A DNA stretch of 64,000 nt from Dehalococcoidia bacterium (lineage in GTDB: Bacteria > Chloroflexota > Dehalococcoidia > Lucifugimonadales > UBA3495): positions 141,157-205,156 of the forward strand of contig JAKUNL010000001.1 of the NCBI GenBank assembly GCA_022451925.1. Reading direction: 5' to 3'. The position numbers and the translations under genes were made by a program. Below the pieces are notes generated by a model that did no database searches, was not told the origin of the DNA, and saw only the letters and a program-made list of their open reading frames with translations. Shown piece after piece: positions 50,636 through 61,050 of this stretch. Within the stretch, counting starts at the first letter, position 1, and each line of letters opens with the position of its first letter.

Positions 50636-51689
50636 TTTTTTCCTTTCCGCACGAATCCATTTCGTGTCCATGCGGACAATCCGCATCACTCGGGCGACGA
50701 GCCATATGTTCATGGTCGTGATTGACATCGGACCCCGGCTCGTTTCGATGAACTCGTACGTGTCGGGCCTCTATCTCCGGGTCGAACCCCTGTCGGCGGA
50801 GGTGTCCGATCTCTTCTTTAGGGTTGCCTCCTGGCTCATGAACATGAACCGGAGGGACCTCTGTAATACCATTGTCCCAACCGGTCCGGCCGTAAGAATG
50901 CGGGCTCTCTGCCACGATGGTCATACCGTCATAGTGGATCACCGGCATCTCAGCGCCATAGGTCAGGCTTAACACCTCTGTTGTTATCACTTCAGACGGC
51001 GGCCCTTCCGCAAGAATTCGGCCAGCGAGGCACACAACCCAAGGAAGGTGCACCGCAACAGCATTAATCTCATGAGTGGTGATAATAATTGTCACGCCGT
51101 CATGGTTGAGGTCGTGGAGAAGGTGCATGACATCATCTCTTGTTTTGATGTCAACTCCTGAAGTTGGCTCGTCCAATAGCAACAACTCGGGGTTGCTGAT
51201 AAGGGCACGAGCCAGAAACGCCCGCTGCTGCTGACCGCCAGACAACTCGCGGATATGGCGGTTGGCTAGCTCCACGATACCAAGACGACCCATCATCTCA
51301 AATGCAAGTTCCCTCTCCTCTTTCCTATACCAAGGGAAGAGTCGATTCTCCATTGTCCGCCCCATCATCACCACCTCTTGAACAGTTACTGGGAAGTTCC
51401 AGTCGACGGTCTCCAATTGTGGCACATAACCCACTCGTGGGCGTTTCTTAGATGTAGCAATGCCCTTTATGAGGACTTCCCCATCATAGAGATCGACAGC
51501 ACCTAACACCGTCCGCAAAAGGGTAGTTTTTCCAGAGCCGCTAGGTCCCAGCAAGCCCACAAAATCACCAGGCATTACCTTCAGACTGACGTCGGTCAGT
51601 ACCTGTTGTTTCTCATAACCGCAGGTGACTGAATTGATTTCAACAATGGGCTCCCCTTGCCCGTGGCGGTGTGGCATTGGATGTAGCAT
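50628..51689 (-). CDS. Zn/Mn ABC transporter ATP-binding protein with long His/Cys-rich C-terminal extension
   Basis: GPSGSGKTT, VDWNFPVTV, LSGGQQQR, LLLDEP; tail HVHE...HDHEH...CPHGHEMDSC. Confidence 0.92.
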   Translation of the reverse strand: MLHPMPHRHGQGEPIVEINSVTCGYEKQQVLTDVSLKVMPGDFVGLLGPSGSGKTTLLRTVLGAVDLYDGEVLIKGIATSKKRPRVGYVPQLETVDWNFPVTVQEVVMMGRTMENRLFPWYRKEERELAFEMMGRLGIVELANRHIRELSGGQQQRAFLARALISNPELLLLDEPTSGVDIKTRDDVMHLLHDLNHDGVTIIITTHEINAVAVHLPWVVCLAGRILAEGPPSEVITTEVLSLTYGAEMPVIHYDGMTIVAESPHSYGRTGWDNGITEVPPVHVHEPGGNPKEEIGHLRRQGFDPEIEARHVRVHRNEPGSDVNHDHEHMARRPSDADCPHGHEMDSCGKEKNV

Positions 51690-51766
51690 GGTTTTCCTTA
51701 TCTATGAGTTTTACGGTGGACTTTACGTCAATTATGTTTTAATCATTTAGTTGCCTATCCATTATT

Positions 51767-52795
51767 TTATTGCGGGTAAACGGCGCCACTATTCCCGTCA
51801 AACACGTTTCCGATGTCAATTACAGAAATCGCATCCGCATCTCCACCAAGGGCTGGAATCATCAGCTCCATATTCTTTTTCATAAGGCCTAGGTAAGTGT
51901 GTTCAAAGTCGCCCGGTTGGCCGGGCAGATCATCATCAGCAAGATCATCTATGAACTCAGCGTCGGCTTCATTGGCTATCGATTCCAACACATCGCTAGG
52001 GAACACTTCCGAGCCAAACACGGCTGGTAAGTCTAGGTCTTTCACCTGGTCTATCAGAGCTGCGACTTCTCTTGATGACGGCTGTGAGAAATTTGACGGC
52101 TGTACCGCCCCTATGACTTCCATGCCGTACTGCTGTGCAAAATAAGCCCAGGAGTCATGGTACGTCAGCAATTTTCGGTTACCTTCGGGGATTGTAGCCA
52201 CTGCGGTCCTAATCGCCTGATCCATCTGAGTGACTTTGACCTGAAAGTGATCCAAGTTCGCTGAATAATAATCGGTGTTCCCAGGGTCTAAAATAACCAG
52301 TTGATCGTAAACCAGACGGGCGTAACTCAACCCCAAATTTGGGTCTGGCCAGAGATGAGGATTAGGATGACCACCAGCTTTAGGAAAGCTGAAGTCGAAT
52401 TTCCATTGCTCTGGGGTAACAGCTAATTCTCCCAATGACAATATCACCGCATCCGACTTCTTGTTTGACTCAGCCAATGCCAAAGTTGGCTCTTCTAAGA
52501 ACAGGCCGTTGAGAATAATCAAATCCGCCTGCGCCATCAATCGAGCCATGGACGGGGCGGGTTCAAAAGTATGAGAGTTCACACCCTCAGGAACCACTCC
52601 CTCAAGCCTAATCCGAGTGCCTCCGATGTTCTCTACAATGTTGGTGATCGGTGACACCGTTGTCACAACGGACAAGCGAGTTTCACTTGGTACTGCGGCC
52701 TGCTCCGATTCTATGTTTTCGCCGCCACAGGCACTGATTACCACAGCCAGGATAAAAACTGCCCAGTATTTTGTGCTAATGGAAATAAGCTGCAT
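51767..52795 (-). CDS. Zn/Mn ABC transporter substrate-binding lipoprotein (cluster A-I)
   Basis: Lipobox ISAC, NSHTFEP, PNPHLW, TYHDSWAYFA. Confidence 0.92.
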   Translation of the reverse strand: MQLISISTKYWAVFILAVVISACGGENIESEQAAVPSETRLSVVTTVSPITNIVENIGGTRIRLEGVVPEGVNSHTFEPAPSMARLMAQADLIILNGLFLEEPTLALAESNKKSDAVILSLGELAVTPEQWKFDFSFPKAGGHPNPHLWPDPNLGLSYARLVYDQLVILDPGNTDYYSANLDHFQVKVTQMDQAIRTAVATIPEGNRKLLTYHDSWAYFAQQYGMEVIGAVQPSNFSQPSSREVAALIDQVKDLDLPAVFGSEVFPSDVLESIANEADAEFIDDLADDDLPGQPGDFEHTYLGLMKKNMELMIPALGGDADAISVIDIGNVFDGNSGAVYPQ

Positions 52796-52798
52796 CTA

Positions 52799-53251
52799 TT
52801 ATTCAGTCCCGTTAGTTTTTTCTTCTTGGCAACCCGCGCAGACACCAGTGACCGCAAAGTGTTCCAGATCAGGTTCGAAACCAAATTCTTTGTTTAAAGT
52901 GTCGTGAAACTCCGCTAAGTAATGTGGACTCAAGTTAAAGGCACCGTTACAGGACCGGCAGACCATATGGTGATGGTGGCCGTCAGGGTCGGTGAATTCA
53001 AAATGAAGCCGATCCCCAATAGCAACTTCAGTCACGACACCAAGTTCCTTGAACAAGTGCAATGTTCGGTAAACCGTGGCAATGTCCATATAGGGATAAG
53101 ATTTTTTGGCTGCCTGAAACACCTCATCAACGCCCATGTGCCCACTGCTAGAAGAAATGATAGACAGGACAATCAAGCGTTGCGGGGTTAAACGATGGCC
53201 CTTCAATCGCAAAGTCTCAATGGCAATTTCGTGATTGATCATGGCTCTCAT
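52799..53251 (-). CDS. Fur-family transcriptional regulator (Zur/Mur-like)
   Basis: RLTPQR, ATVYRTL, HHHHMVCRSC, GVCAGC. Confidence 0.92.
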   Translation of the reverse strand: MRAMINHEIAIETLRLKGHRLTPQRLIVLSIISSSSGHMGVDEVFQAAKKSYPYMDIATVYRTLHLFKELGVVTEVAIGDRLHFEFTDPDGHHHHMVCRSCNGAFNLSPHYLAEFHDTLNKEFGFEPDLEHFAVTGVCAGCQEEKTNGTE

Positions 53252-53293
53252 CTTCGTCGCCCTTCGACCAATTATTTATGCGAAAAAAAGTTA

Positions 53294-53343
53294 TTGCAAT
53301 TAATTGTAACTACTGAGTGTAAAATTTTGCTACGGAAAGTCAA
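53294..53343 (-). promoter_or_regulatory. Promoter and operator-like palindrome of the second Fur/ABC operon
   Basis: Minus strand TTGACT-16 nt-TACACT; palindrome TTGCAATT/AATTGTAA at 53294-53309 just downstream of it. Confidence 0.5.
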
Positions 53344-53456
53344 TCGCATTTTGAACTAGGTTAAGCGGTTAAGATATTCCGAAAAACGTTGATTAAGAAG
53401 ATTCTTGCACACGATATAAGGCCTCGCCTGCATTTTAATGGTATGCCAACCCATCG

Positions 53457-54725
53457 TCAGACTTTGACCCGAGAGATCATTGCCGCGGAAACAACCCGGG
53501 TAACAGCCATAGCGATGAAAACGATAGGCCAAGGGCTTCCCGCCATGTCCAATACCGCTGCGAATATCAAAGCCTGTGCCCCAGCGTAAGCGTAGCCATG
53601 GGCATCTAGCACACCGGAGGCCGTTCCCGACATTCTTCTGCCAGCGATGTCTACAGCGACGGTTGACATGGGAGACATACCCATAGAAAGACCGCCAATC
53701 AGCAACAGCAACGCTCCCAGAGTAACGTTAACCGGTGGAGCCATTGCGATGCCCACCAGAACCAGGGCGCTAACCATGCAGGAAAAAATGACCATTGGCT
53801 GGCGGCGGCTGTCCAGATAGCGGTCGGAAATTATCCCTGATATTGGTGGAGCAAACAGATAACCCAGGGGCAACAGTACGGTAAGGACAACGGTGGACTC
53901 TATCGATAATCCACCTTCTTCGAAATAATATATGGGAACCCAGGTTGTCAGACCGTATCGGACTATGTTCTCCAAGCCTTTCACATGGCAAGCCAGTAAG
54001 AATCTTGAGTTGCCCAGTAGAACCCTGTAGGGACCCAAACCTTTTAGGCGCTTCGGGTCGATGGCCTCCGGCGTAGCCGAGACCTGGTCATCTTCTACAT
54101 ACTCGGGCAGTCCGACATCCGTAGGTCGATCTCGCGCAATAAAGTAAAAGGCGATTCCTAAAACTGCAATGATCAACGGAGGATAGCGAAATGAAGCACG
54201 CCAGCCCCATTCTGCACCAACATAGCCGGAGATCCACCACATGGTTACCATTGCTCCGCCAGCGGCCGTGCCCACAATTCCCAAAGCCATACCCCGGTTC
54301 CGACGAGGCCACCATTGAGAGATCATACTGATCCCAGGAGCCCAACAAGCAGCATTCACGAAACCAGCAATTCCCCAGGGTATGGCCATAGTCACTGCAG
54401 ATGTAGCAAAACTGGTGATTAGGTTGAATACGGTGGTGAGGATAGCCCCAATCATCACCCATAAACGGAGGCCAAAAGTCTCAGCAAGTCTGCCATGGAC
54501 CAGGTCGCCCAAGCCAAATCCCCAAAGAAGCAGTGCATTTACAAGACCGACCTCAAAATTGCTAAGACTAAGATCCTCTTTAACCAACGGCGCAACGGGC
54601 CAAAAATTGAACCGGCCAAGATAAAGAAACAGGTAGAAACCAGCGAATGCCAGCAGAACCCGCCACTTAAATATATGATAACTGTTGGGTAAGTCTTCAT
54701 ACTGAGCTGTTCGGAAACTGCTCAT
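53457..54725 (-). CDS. MFS transporter (GlpT/OPA-like)
   Basis: FYLFLYLGRFNF, SQWWPRRNRGMALG, RYGLTTWVPIY, GTASGVLD. Confidence 0.88.
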   Translation of the reverse strand: MSSFRTAQYEDLPNSYHIFKWRVLLAFAGFYLFLYLGRFNFWPVAPLVKEDLSLSNFEVGLVNALLLWGFGLGDLVHGRLAETFGLRLWVMIGAILTTVFNLITSFATSAVTMAIPWGIAGFVNAACWAPGISMISQWWPRRNRGMALGIVGTAAGGAMVTMWWISGYVGAEWGWRASFRYPPLIIAVLGIAFYFIARDRPTDVGLPEYVEDDQVSATPEAIDPKRLKGLGPYRVLLGNSRFLLACHVKGLENIVRYGLTTWVPIYYFEEGGLSIESTVVLTVLLPLGYLFAPPISGIISDRYLDSRRQPMVIFSCMVSALVLVGIAMAPPVNVTLGALLLLIGGLSMGMSPMSTVAVDIAGRRMSGTASGVLDAHGYAYAGAQALIFAAVLDMAGSPWPIVFIAMAVTRVVSAAMISRVKV

Positions 54726-54928
54726 GAAATATGATCCGAAGAGGGTACTAGAAGGTGATGTTGAAGGGTGAACATACTAAATAGAAAATACTAACCTTGC
54801 TTCAATATCCAATGTAGTTATGTATTACCGATTAATCCAAACTTCCTTTTTAACGATTTTTCAGTAACGTGTAGTTTGGAACACTAGCTTGCCATTTGGT
54901 GGACATTCTGACGTTGAATACTTGAAAC

Positions 54929-54991
54929 TAATAAGGCCGAAAGGCGGACCAATTGTTTTCAATTAAAGCGGCACGCCTTTCGGCCTTATTA
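54929..54991. terminator. Long inverted repeat, probable terminator of the VOC gene
   Basis: 18-bp inverted repeat TAATAAGGCCGAAAGGCG / CGCCTTTCGGCCTTATTA. Confidence 0.6.
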
Positions 54992-55017
54992 TTAGACAGT
55001 ACTGTTCCTGTGAGGTG

Positions 55018-55503
55018 CTATGCGCCTGCGGGTATACGGGCCTTAGCGATAGCCTCAAGTTCTTCATTGGTTTGAGCCATGATGTCGATGGCATCTCCCA
55101 GAGGCTGGGGTACATCATATGGAGTCCGGACGTATAGCTCAATCCGATTCCCCTCTGGATCAAAGAAATACATACCAAAGGCTATACCGTGACTAACAAT
55201 CCGATCTATCTCAACTCCAGGTTCGGCTACCAATCTGGTATGAAATTCCCTCAGGTCCTCAAGAGTAGGAACGATGAATGAGATCTGTTGAATAACTTTG
55301 GCGTCGTCACGGGTGACACGCCCCTTCATCAACACGAATTCGTGGTGCTCGCGCTCTTTGTCAGCGGTGAAGAAAGTCATTCCTCGTTCTTCTAAATCCT
55401 CATCCGAGATTGTGAGACCCAATACACGGCTGTAAAAGTCCCGCATCATCATCAGGTCTTCAGCATAGATTCCAACGTGTCCTAGGGATTCAATCTTTGG
55501 CAT
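55018..55503 (-). CDS. VOC/glyoxalase family protein
   Basis: LGHVGI, FYSRVLGL, HHEFVL, MYFFDPEGNRIELY. Confidence 0.9.
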   Translation of the reverse strand: MPKIESLGHVGIYAEDLMMMRDFYSRVLGLTISDEDLEERGMTFFTADKEREHHEFVLMKGRVTRDDAKVIQQISFIVPTLEDLREFHTRLVAEPGVEIDRIVSHGIAFGMYFFDPEGNRIELYVRTPYDVPQPLGDAIDIMAQTNEELEAIAKARIPAGA

Positions 55504-55581
55504 GCCTGCCTCCTATATGATTATCTGGTGTTTTAGATTTAAGAGCCTTGGTCATTAGTTACGGGGATTATACACCAAGGA

Positions 55582-57834
55582 TCACGTCTCAGATGTCTCT
55601 CGCATCGCTCTAAATAGTTTCTCTGAACTCACGGGTATCTCAGATATGCTCACTCCAGTAGCATCCAGGATAGCGTTAATGATGGCCGGCGCTACAGAGC
55701 TGATGCCCTGTTCACCAATGGCCTTGCCCCCGTATGGAGAAGGACCGCCGCTCTCGCTGGCAACAAGAACAGTCCGCAGCTCCGGCATATCGGGCATGGA
55801 AGGAATCTTATATTCACCCATGGACAGGGTGGTAACGTGTCCCTCATCGTATTGTAAGTCCTCGGTCAAAGCGTACCCGATTCCCTGCATAACCGCGCCG
55901 TCAATCTGACCTTGGTGTCCTAACGGATTCAAAATGGCACCGACATCGTGTGCAGAGGTGAATTTGGTCAATAGGACCTGGCCAGTCTCTATATCCACCT
56001 CCACTTCCGCGATTTGAACGCAAAAGACTGTAATGTCCTCATCACGCTCAGAATCGTAAGTGTGATCAGCCTCCATAAGTCCACCGGCAAGCGTTACCAG
56101 GGCACCCAAGCTCATAGGAGTCTTGCCAGGAGAGATTACCTCGCCCTGCGAGAATCCGGTTTCGTCCTCCGGCCAACCGAACATATCCGCAGACATGGCA
56201 ATCAACTGTCGGCGCAACTCCTGGGCGGCGCGGAAGACAGCCTGTCCAGCAACGTGGGTAACACGGCTGCCGCCAACTCCGGTCTCGAAAGCCACGTCAT
56301 CAGTGCTCCAGTTCTCCAATTTGATCTGGTCGTAGGCCACACCTAATTCCTGACCAAGTATCTGACGGAGCACAGTGTAGAAACCGGAGCCTGTATCGGG
56401 AAGCGCAGTGTACAACGTGACTAACCCCTCGGCATCGATGGTTATCTTTACGGTGGAACTGCCCGCCCCGACATGTCGCTCACAGAGGGCAACGCCCCGA
56501 CCGGTCAATTTACCTGCTATCTGAGGTTTGGGCTGATTATATTCAGCTTCTCCCACCGCAGCATCAAGAGTCTTCACTCCCATGATGTCCTTCCAGTAAT
56601 GGCCAAGTGGAGATGCATCACCGTCTTGAACTAAGTTCTTTAAACGAAATTGCACCGGGTCCATTTTCAGTTCACGGGCAATCAAATCAATTTGCGCCTC
56701 GGCGGCAAAGATAGACTGCGGGTCCCCTGGTGCGCGCATACTTCCGCAAGGCACTTGATTCGTATAGACAACGTCAGAGTCGATGTGGGCGTTGGGAATC
56801 TTATATGGTCCGAGGCAACGGTATCCGTATGTGACTCCCCTGGCGGGTTTAAAGGCCGCATACCCGCCACTGTCGTAGACTAGATGGGCCTGTCGAGCAG
56901 TTATCGACCCGTCTTTCATAACTCCGGTCTTGAATGTCATAACCGCCGGGTGTCGAGGGTTACCAGCCATCAATTCCTCGATATAGGTCATAGTCATGCG
57001 TACAGGGCGACCAGTGGCCTTGGATAGCCAGAAACCCAGATGGGTGTCCATGAACCCACCTTTACCGCCAAAGTCCCCGCCGATGGTAGTGGCGTTGACC
57101 CGAATCTGGTCTGTCGGCATGTCTATGCCTTCAGATAATTGCTGGCGGACCTGGAAAGGCATCTTGCTATTCACCCATGTCTGTACCCTACCGCTGTTGT
57201 CCAAATAGACCACCGATGCGTGGGGTTCTATATAGGCCTGGTGCTGGTGGTTCGTCTTAAAAGTATGTTCAAAAACCAAATCTGCTTCGGCAAAACCTTG
57301 CTCAACGTCACCGTTGCTCCAACTGGCATGACCAGCGGAGTTGGGATGGACTTGGTCGCCATCTGGAATCCCGAGGTAATCCATAAAATCAGGATGTAAA
57401 ATCGGGGCGTCCGGTTTGAGTGAGTCATTTGGATCGAGGATCGGTTCTAGCTCGTCGTACTCGATCTGTATCAGATTCAGAGCAACCTCAGCTATGTCAT
57501 CATCCTCAGCAGCAACTGCAACTACTTTTTGCCCCGCGAACCTGACCACATCGCGGGCGAGGATAGGCATATCACGAAGCATCCGACCCACCAAGTGAGA
57601 AGGAATATCATCTGATGTCAACACCGCATGAACACCAGGTACTCTCCGCGCATTGGCTACAGAGTCAGCATCTATAGATACAATTTTGGCGTAAGGGAAA
57701 GGGCTACGCAAACACTTACCAACCAAGATGCCTGGCAGGTTCACGTCTGCTGGAAATATAGCCTTGCCGGTGACTTTTGCCGGCCCTTCAGCACGGCCTA
57801 CTGGCCTGCCAATGGTCTCGTATGAGCTGGTCAT
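55582..57834 (-). CDS. Xanthine dehydrogenase family molybdopterin-binding large subunit
   Basis: KVTGKA, HQAYIEPH, IGGDFGGKG, MRAPG, GQIDGAVMQGIG, GKAIGE. Confidence 0.93.
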   Translation of the reverse strand: MTSSYETIGRPVGRAEGPAKVTGKAIFPADVNLPGILVGKCLRSPFPYAKIVSIDADSVANARRVPGVHAVLTSDDIPSHLVGRMLRDMPILARDVVRFAGQKVVAVAAEDDDIAEVALNLIQIEYDELEPILDPNDSLKPDAPILHPDFMDYLGIPDGDQVHPNSAGHASWSNGDVEQGFAEADLVFEHTFKTNHQHQAYIEPHASVVYLDNSGRVQTWVNSKMPFQVRQQLSEGIDMPTDQIRVNATTIGGDFGGKGGFMDTHLGFWLSKATGRPVRMTMTYIEELMAGNPRHPAVMTFKTGVMKDGSITARQAHLVYDSGGYAAFKPARGVTYGYRCLGPYKIPNAHIDSDVVYTNQVPCGSMRAPGDPQSIFAAEAQIDLIARELKMDPVQFRLKNLVQDGDASPLGHYWKDIMGVKTLDAAVGEAEYNQPKPQIAGKLTGRGVALCERHVGAGSSTVKITIDAEGLVTLYTALPDTGSGFYTVLRQILGQELGVAYDQIKLENWSTDDVAFETGVGGSRVTHVAGQAVFRAAQELRRQLIAMSADMFGWPEDETGFSQGEVISPGKTPMSLGALVTLAGGLMEADHTYDSERDEDITVFCVQIAEVEVDIETGQVLLTKFTSAHDVGAILNPLGHQGQIDGAVMQGIGYALTEDLQYDEGHVTTLSMGEYKIPSMPDMPELRTVLVASESGGPSPYGGKAIGEQGISSVAPAIINAILDATGVSISEIPVSSEKLFRAMRETSET

Positions 57835-57906
57835 AGAAGATCTCCGTTACTTGGATTTGGATTTCAGAGTCACTGTAGCCGTCGGGGATATGCACTTATT
57901 TTAAAT

Positions 57907-58548
57907 TTATTGAACATTAGGCACCGGCTTCCGGCCACCCGACCTAGCCCAATCAATCACTTGGTTTAGAATCGGTTGGATGTTCTGCGACGAATCCACG
58001 GCGTAATGTTCCCGTTGAACCGGCTCCTCAACAGGAACCATGCGAGTATAAATCAGCCATCCGGCATCAGAGTAGGTGTTCGAATAGCGATTAGCTTTCC
58101 GCTCTTTCAAACGACGTCTAACCGTGTTTTTGGGCGCTGTGACATGAACGATAGCCAACGGTGCCGCGGTGGTCTCTGATATGTCATAAATATGAGACCG
58201 AAAATCCTCATTCAGGTTGGTGGCATCAAATAAAACACTGTAACCGTTGACGAGGTAATACACTATCAATTGATAGCAGGAATTAAACACCCGGCGGTGT
58301 TCTTGGGTAGTGTACTTGGGATGCGGCACTATGACTTTCCGCAGTCTGTCCGTCTCCATGATAAGGAAAGGGACTTCCTCACTCAGCTTGGATGCGAAAT
58401 GTGATTTCCCGGTGCCTGGAAGTCCGCACATTGCTACTAACAACGGTTGTGATGGCATCCGAGGTTGAGCTATGACTAAATCTTCATCCAACGCCTCGCG
58501 CATGGATCTTATATCTTTCTGAAGCTGGTTTTCCAAATTCGAATCCAA
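57907..58548 (-). CDS. P-loop predicted kinase (AAA_33-like)
   Basis: MCGLPGTGKSH, DRLRK, FDATN, RRRL. Confidence 0.85.
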   Translation of the reverse strand: MDSNLENQLQKDIRSMREALDEDLVIAQPRMPSQPLLVAMCGLPGTGKSHFASKLSEEVPFLIMETDRLRKVIVPHPKYTTQEHRRVFNSCYQLIVYYLVNGYSVLFDATNLNEDFRSHIYDISETTAAPLAIVHVTAPKNTVRRRLKERKANRYSNTYSDAGWLIYTRMVPVEEPVQREHYAVDSSQNIQPILNQVIDWARSGGRKPVPNVQ

Positions 58549-58580
58549 TTACCGGATTTTATTGCAACCAAGTCTGTCAG

Positions 58581-58844
58581 TTAGAGCGTTGCATCGACAA
58601 CTCTTCGTAGAAAAATAAGAAAAATCAAAACGGCCATGGGACTAAAATCTAAACCGCCAAAGCTTGGCAAACTTCGCCGGACTGGCCCTAGAATGGGTTC
58701 GGTGATTTGATTAACGAACGTAATTATAGTAATTAGAGTTGGATGGGGCCTGCCGCCAGTCATAGGTATCACGAGCGATAGTATTACCCTGGCAAAGATT
58801 GCAAATGTGAAGAGGGTTATTACCGCATTGATTAAACCTGCCAA
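58581..58844 (-). CDS. yggT: YggT family membrane protein
   Basis: ITEPILGPVRRSLPSFGGLDFSPM; follows proC; probable TTG start at 58844. Confidence 0.88.
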   Translation of the reverse strand: MAGLINAVITLFTFAIFARVILSLVIPMTGGRPHPTLITIITFVNQITEPILGPVRRSLPSFGGLDFSPMAVLIFLIFLRRVVDATL

Positions 58845-58845
58845 A

Positions 58846-59652
58846 TTAACTTCCCTGTCCCAATTGAATAGACTTACGGAAGGCTGCATCCACAGCGCTT
58901 ACGATAGCTGCTGGAACACCTTCGTCCTCAAGCACTCGTAGAGCTTCAGCAGTGGTCCCCCCCGGAGAAACTACCATATCTTTCAACACAGCAGGATGCA
59001 TATCGGTATCCATTACTAGTTTGGTACTACCAAACACTGTCTGCAACGCCAGAGTTCGGGCCATATCCCTGGGCATACCGACGTAAACACCCGCGTCGAT
59101 CATGGCCTCAATTATTAGGAATACATAGGCTGGACCACTTGCGCTCAATGCAGTAGCCATGTCCATGTATTTTTCATCTGAAACGTATATTTCCTGCCCA
59201 ATCGTTCCTAAAACAGCTTTAATCAACTCACGTTTGGAGAAGTCCACACCATCTGAACAGGTCCAGAGCGTCATGCCTTCCCTAATCTGCGCTGGGGTGT
59301 TGGGCATCACACGCACTACGGACGGATGCTCCAGCCCATTAGAAAGGGTATGCATCGTGGCACCGGCGACTATTGACAGAGCAGTCTGCTTCGGATCAAG
59401 CTTACCTTTCAATTGCGCCATGACCGTCGCTAAGTCTTGAGGTTTGATAGCGAATACAACCAGGTCTGCTTCTTGAACCGACTTGAGATTATCGTTATCA
59501 ACCAAGATGCCGAACTTACGGGAGAGGTACTCACGTCGCTCCGGAATCGGTTCACCTACACTGATATCATCAGGCGCAGCCAATTTACTGGACAATACGC
59601 CGCCTAAGATCGCTTCGGCCATTTTGCCGCCACCAATAAAAGCAGCTTTCAT
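58846..59652 (-). CDS. proC: Pyrroline-5-carboxylate reductase
   Basis: FIGGGKMA, AIKPQ, VRVMPNTP, TALSASGPAY, VVSPGGTT. Confidence 0.96.
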   Translation of the reverse strand: MKAAFIGGGKMAEAILGGVLSSKLAAPDDISVGEPIPERREYLSRKFGILVDNDNLKSVQEADLVVFAIKPQDLATVMAQLKGKLDPKQTALSIVAGATMHTLSNGLEHPSVVRVMPNTPAQIREGMTLWTCSDGVDFSKRELIKAVLGTIGQEIYVSDEKYMDMATALSASGPAYVFLIIEAMIDAGVYVGMPRDMARTLALQTVFGSTKLVMDTDMHPAVLKDMVVSPGGTTAEALRVLEDEGVPAAIVSAVDAAFRKSIQLGQGS

Positions 59653-59791
59653 TTTATTGATCTGTTCCTTACCTGTGGTTGATTCACATACAAGCGAATA
59701 TTAGCCTGATTTACATGCCCCGAAAGGCGCAGCGTATTATATCATCGGGGTTGGTAATCAGCCTGAACACAGGATTCCGAGTCAAAGTATT

Positions 59792-60823
59792 TTATGCTGC
59801 GAACTCAGACATTCCGTCTCCCTTGGCGAGAGCTATCGCCAAGCGTATGGACTCCAGCATACTCTCATGAAAAGCTATTCCTTGGCCTGCAATATCAAAT
59901 GCTGTGCCATGATCGACCGATGTCCTGATGAATGGAAGACCCAGATTGGCTGTGATGCTTTCTTCGAACCCGTAAACCTTAACCGGAATGTGTCCCTGAT
60001 CATGATACATGCAGAGCACCACATCGTATTGGCCTTGAATTGCTTGGTGGAATATGATGTCAGCTGGAACAGGCCCAACGGCATTTATACCTTGAGACTG
60101 CGCCGCCTTAACCGCAGGCATAATTTCAGCCGATTCTTCGTTGCCCATGATTCCGCCATCACTACCGTGAGGATTGAGGGCAGCTGTGCCAATCCTTGGG
60201 TTCTTGAAACCGTACCGCACAAAGCTTTCATGAGTGAGCTCCAGGTATTCCAATATCCGGTCTTTTTTCACTAGGTCACAAGCATGACTCAGAGACCGAT
60301 GGGTGCTCAAATGGACTACTCTTAGGTTCTTGGCCATAAGCATCGTAGCTACCAATTTGCTCTTGGATAATTCCTGCAACAGTTCCATGTGCCCGATGGA
60401 CTTATATCCAGCAAGACTGGCTGCTTCTTTGTTTAGCGGCGCCGTGGCCAGGGCATCGACCACTCCAGCTAATGCTAACTGACCTGCTTTGGTCACCCAT
60501 TCCATAGCCGCTTTGCCGCAAACCGGGTTTATCTCTCCCACGGTGATGTCTTCCGGGTTCAAATTGTGAATGTCCACAACTTCAATGACACCAGGCTCAT
60601 CTCCGGGAAGAGTGAGATCATTTACTTCTTTGATCTTCACAGGCAGTCCTGTTAGTGCAACTGCCTGCTCCATTGCGAAAACATTTCCAACCACCAACGG
60701 ACGACACGTGGCATAGACCTGTGGGTCTGCCAAGGCTTTCACCACAACCTCAGGTCCGATTCCACATGGATCACCCATTGTTATTCCGATTGCGGGTTTT
60801 ATTGATTTTTCTGTTGAAGCCAT
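59792..60823 (-). CDS. pdxA: 4-hydroxythreonine-4-phosphate dehydrogenase family (PdxA/PdxA2)
   Basis: ITMGDPCGIGPEV, TAPLNKE, LNPH, GPVPAD, MYHDQGHIPVK, RTSVDHGTAFDIAG; start moved to ATG 60823. Confidence 0.93.
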   Translation of the reverse strand: MASTEKSIKPAIGITMGDPCGIGPEVVVKALADPQVYATCRPLVVGNVFAMEQAVALTGLPVKIKEVNDLTLPGDEPGVIEVVDIHNLNPEDITVGEINPVCGKAAMEWVTKAGQLALAGVVDALATAPLNKEAASLAGYKSIGHMELLQELSKSKLVATMLMAKNLRVVHLSTHRSLSHACDLVKKDRILEYLELTHESFVRYGFKNPRIGTAALNPHGSDGGIMGNEESAEIMPAVKAAQSQGINAVGPVPADIIFHQAIQGQYDVVLCMYHDQGHIPVKVYGFEESITANLGLPFIRTSVDHGTAFDIAGQGIAFHESMLESIRLAIALAKGDGMSEFAA

Positions 60824-61014
60824 TACGTTTTCCTCGGTCTTTATCAAGCGTCTTAGGTGGCAAAAAACCGTTATACTACGAATTTCGTTAGAATTTATTC
60901 AGTTATGTAATCAAGCGTTTCAAACGCGCCGAAATTATAGCATGGTTAGGGTTTTATGGCTTTTGATTTGTATGGTATGGTTAGGACTCTTTGAAGAGAT
61001 TTAAATAAACGAAC

Positions 61015-61050
61015 AAAAAAGAGTCCCCGACATTGGCCGCCGGGGACTCT
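61015..61050 (-). terminator. Intrinsic terminator closing the nrdJ 3' region / element 2
   Basis: Minus strand GAGTCCCCG-loop-CGGGGACTC followed by TTTTTT. Confidence 0.8.
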
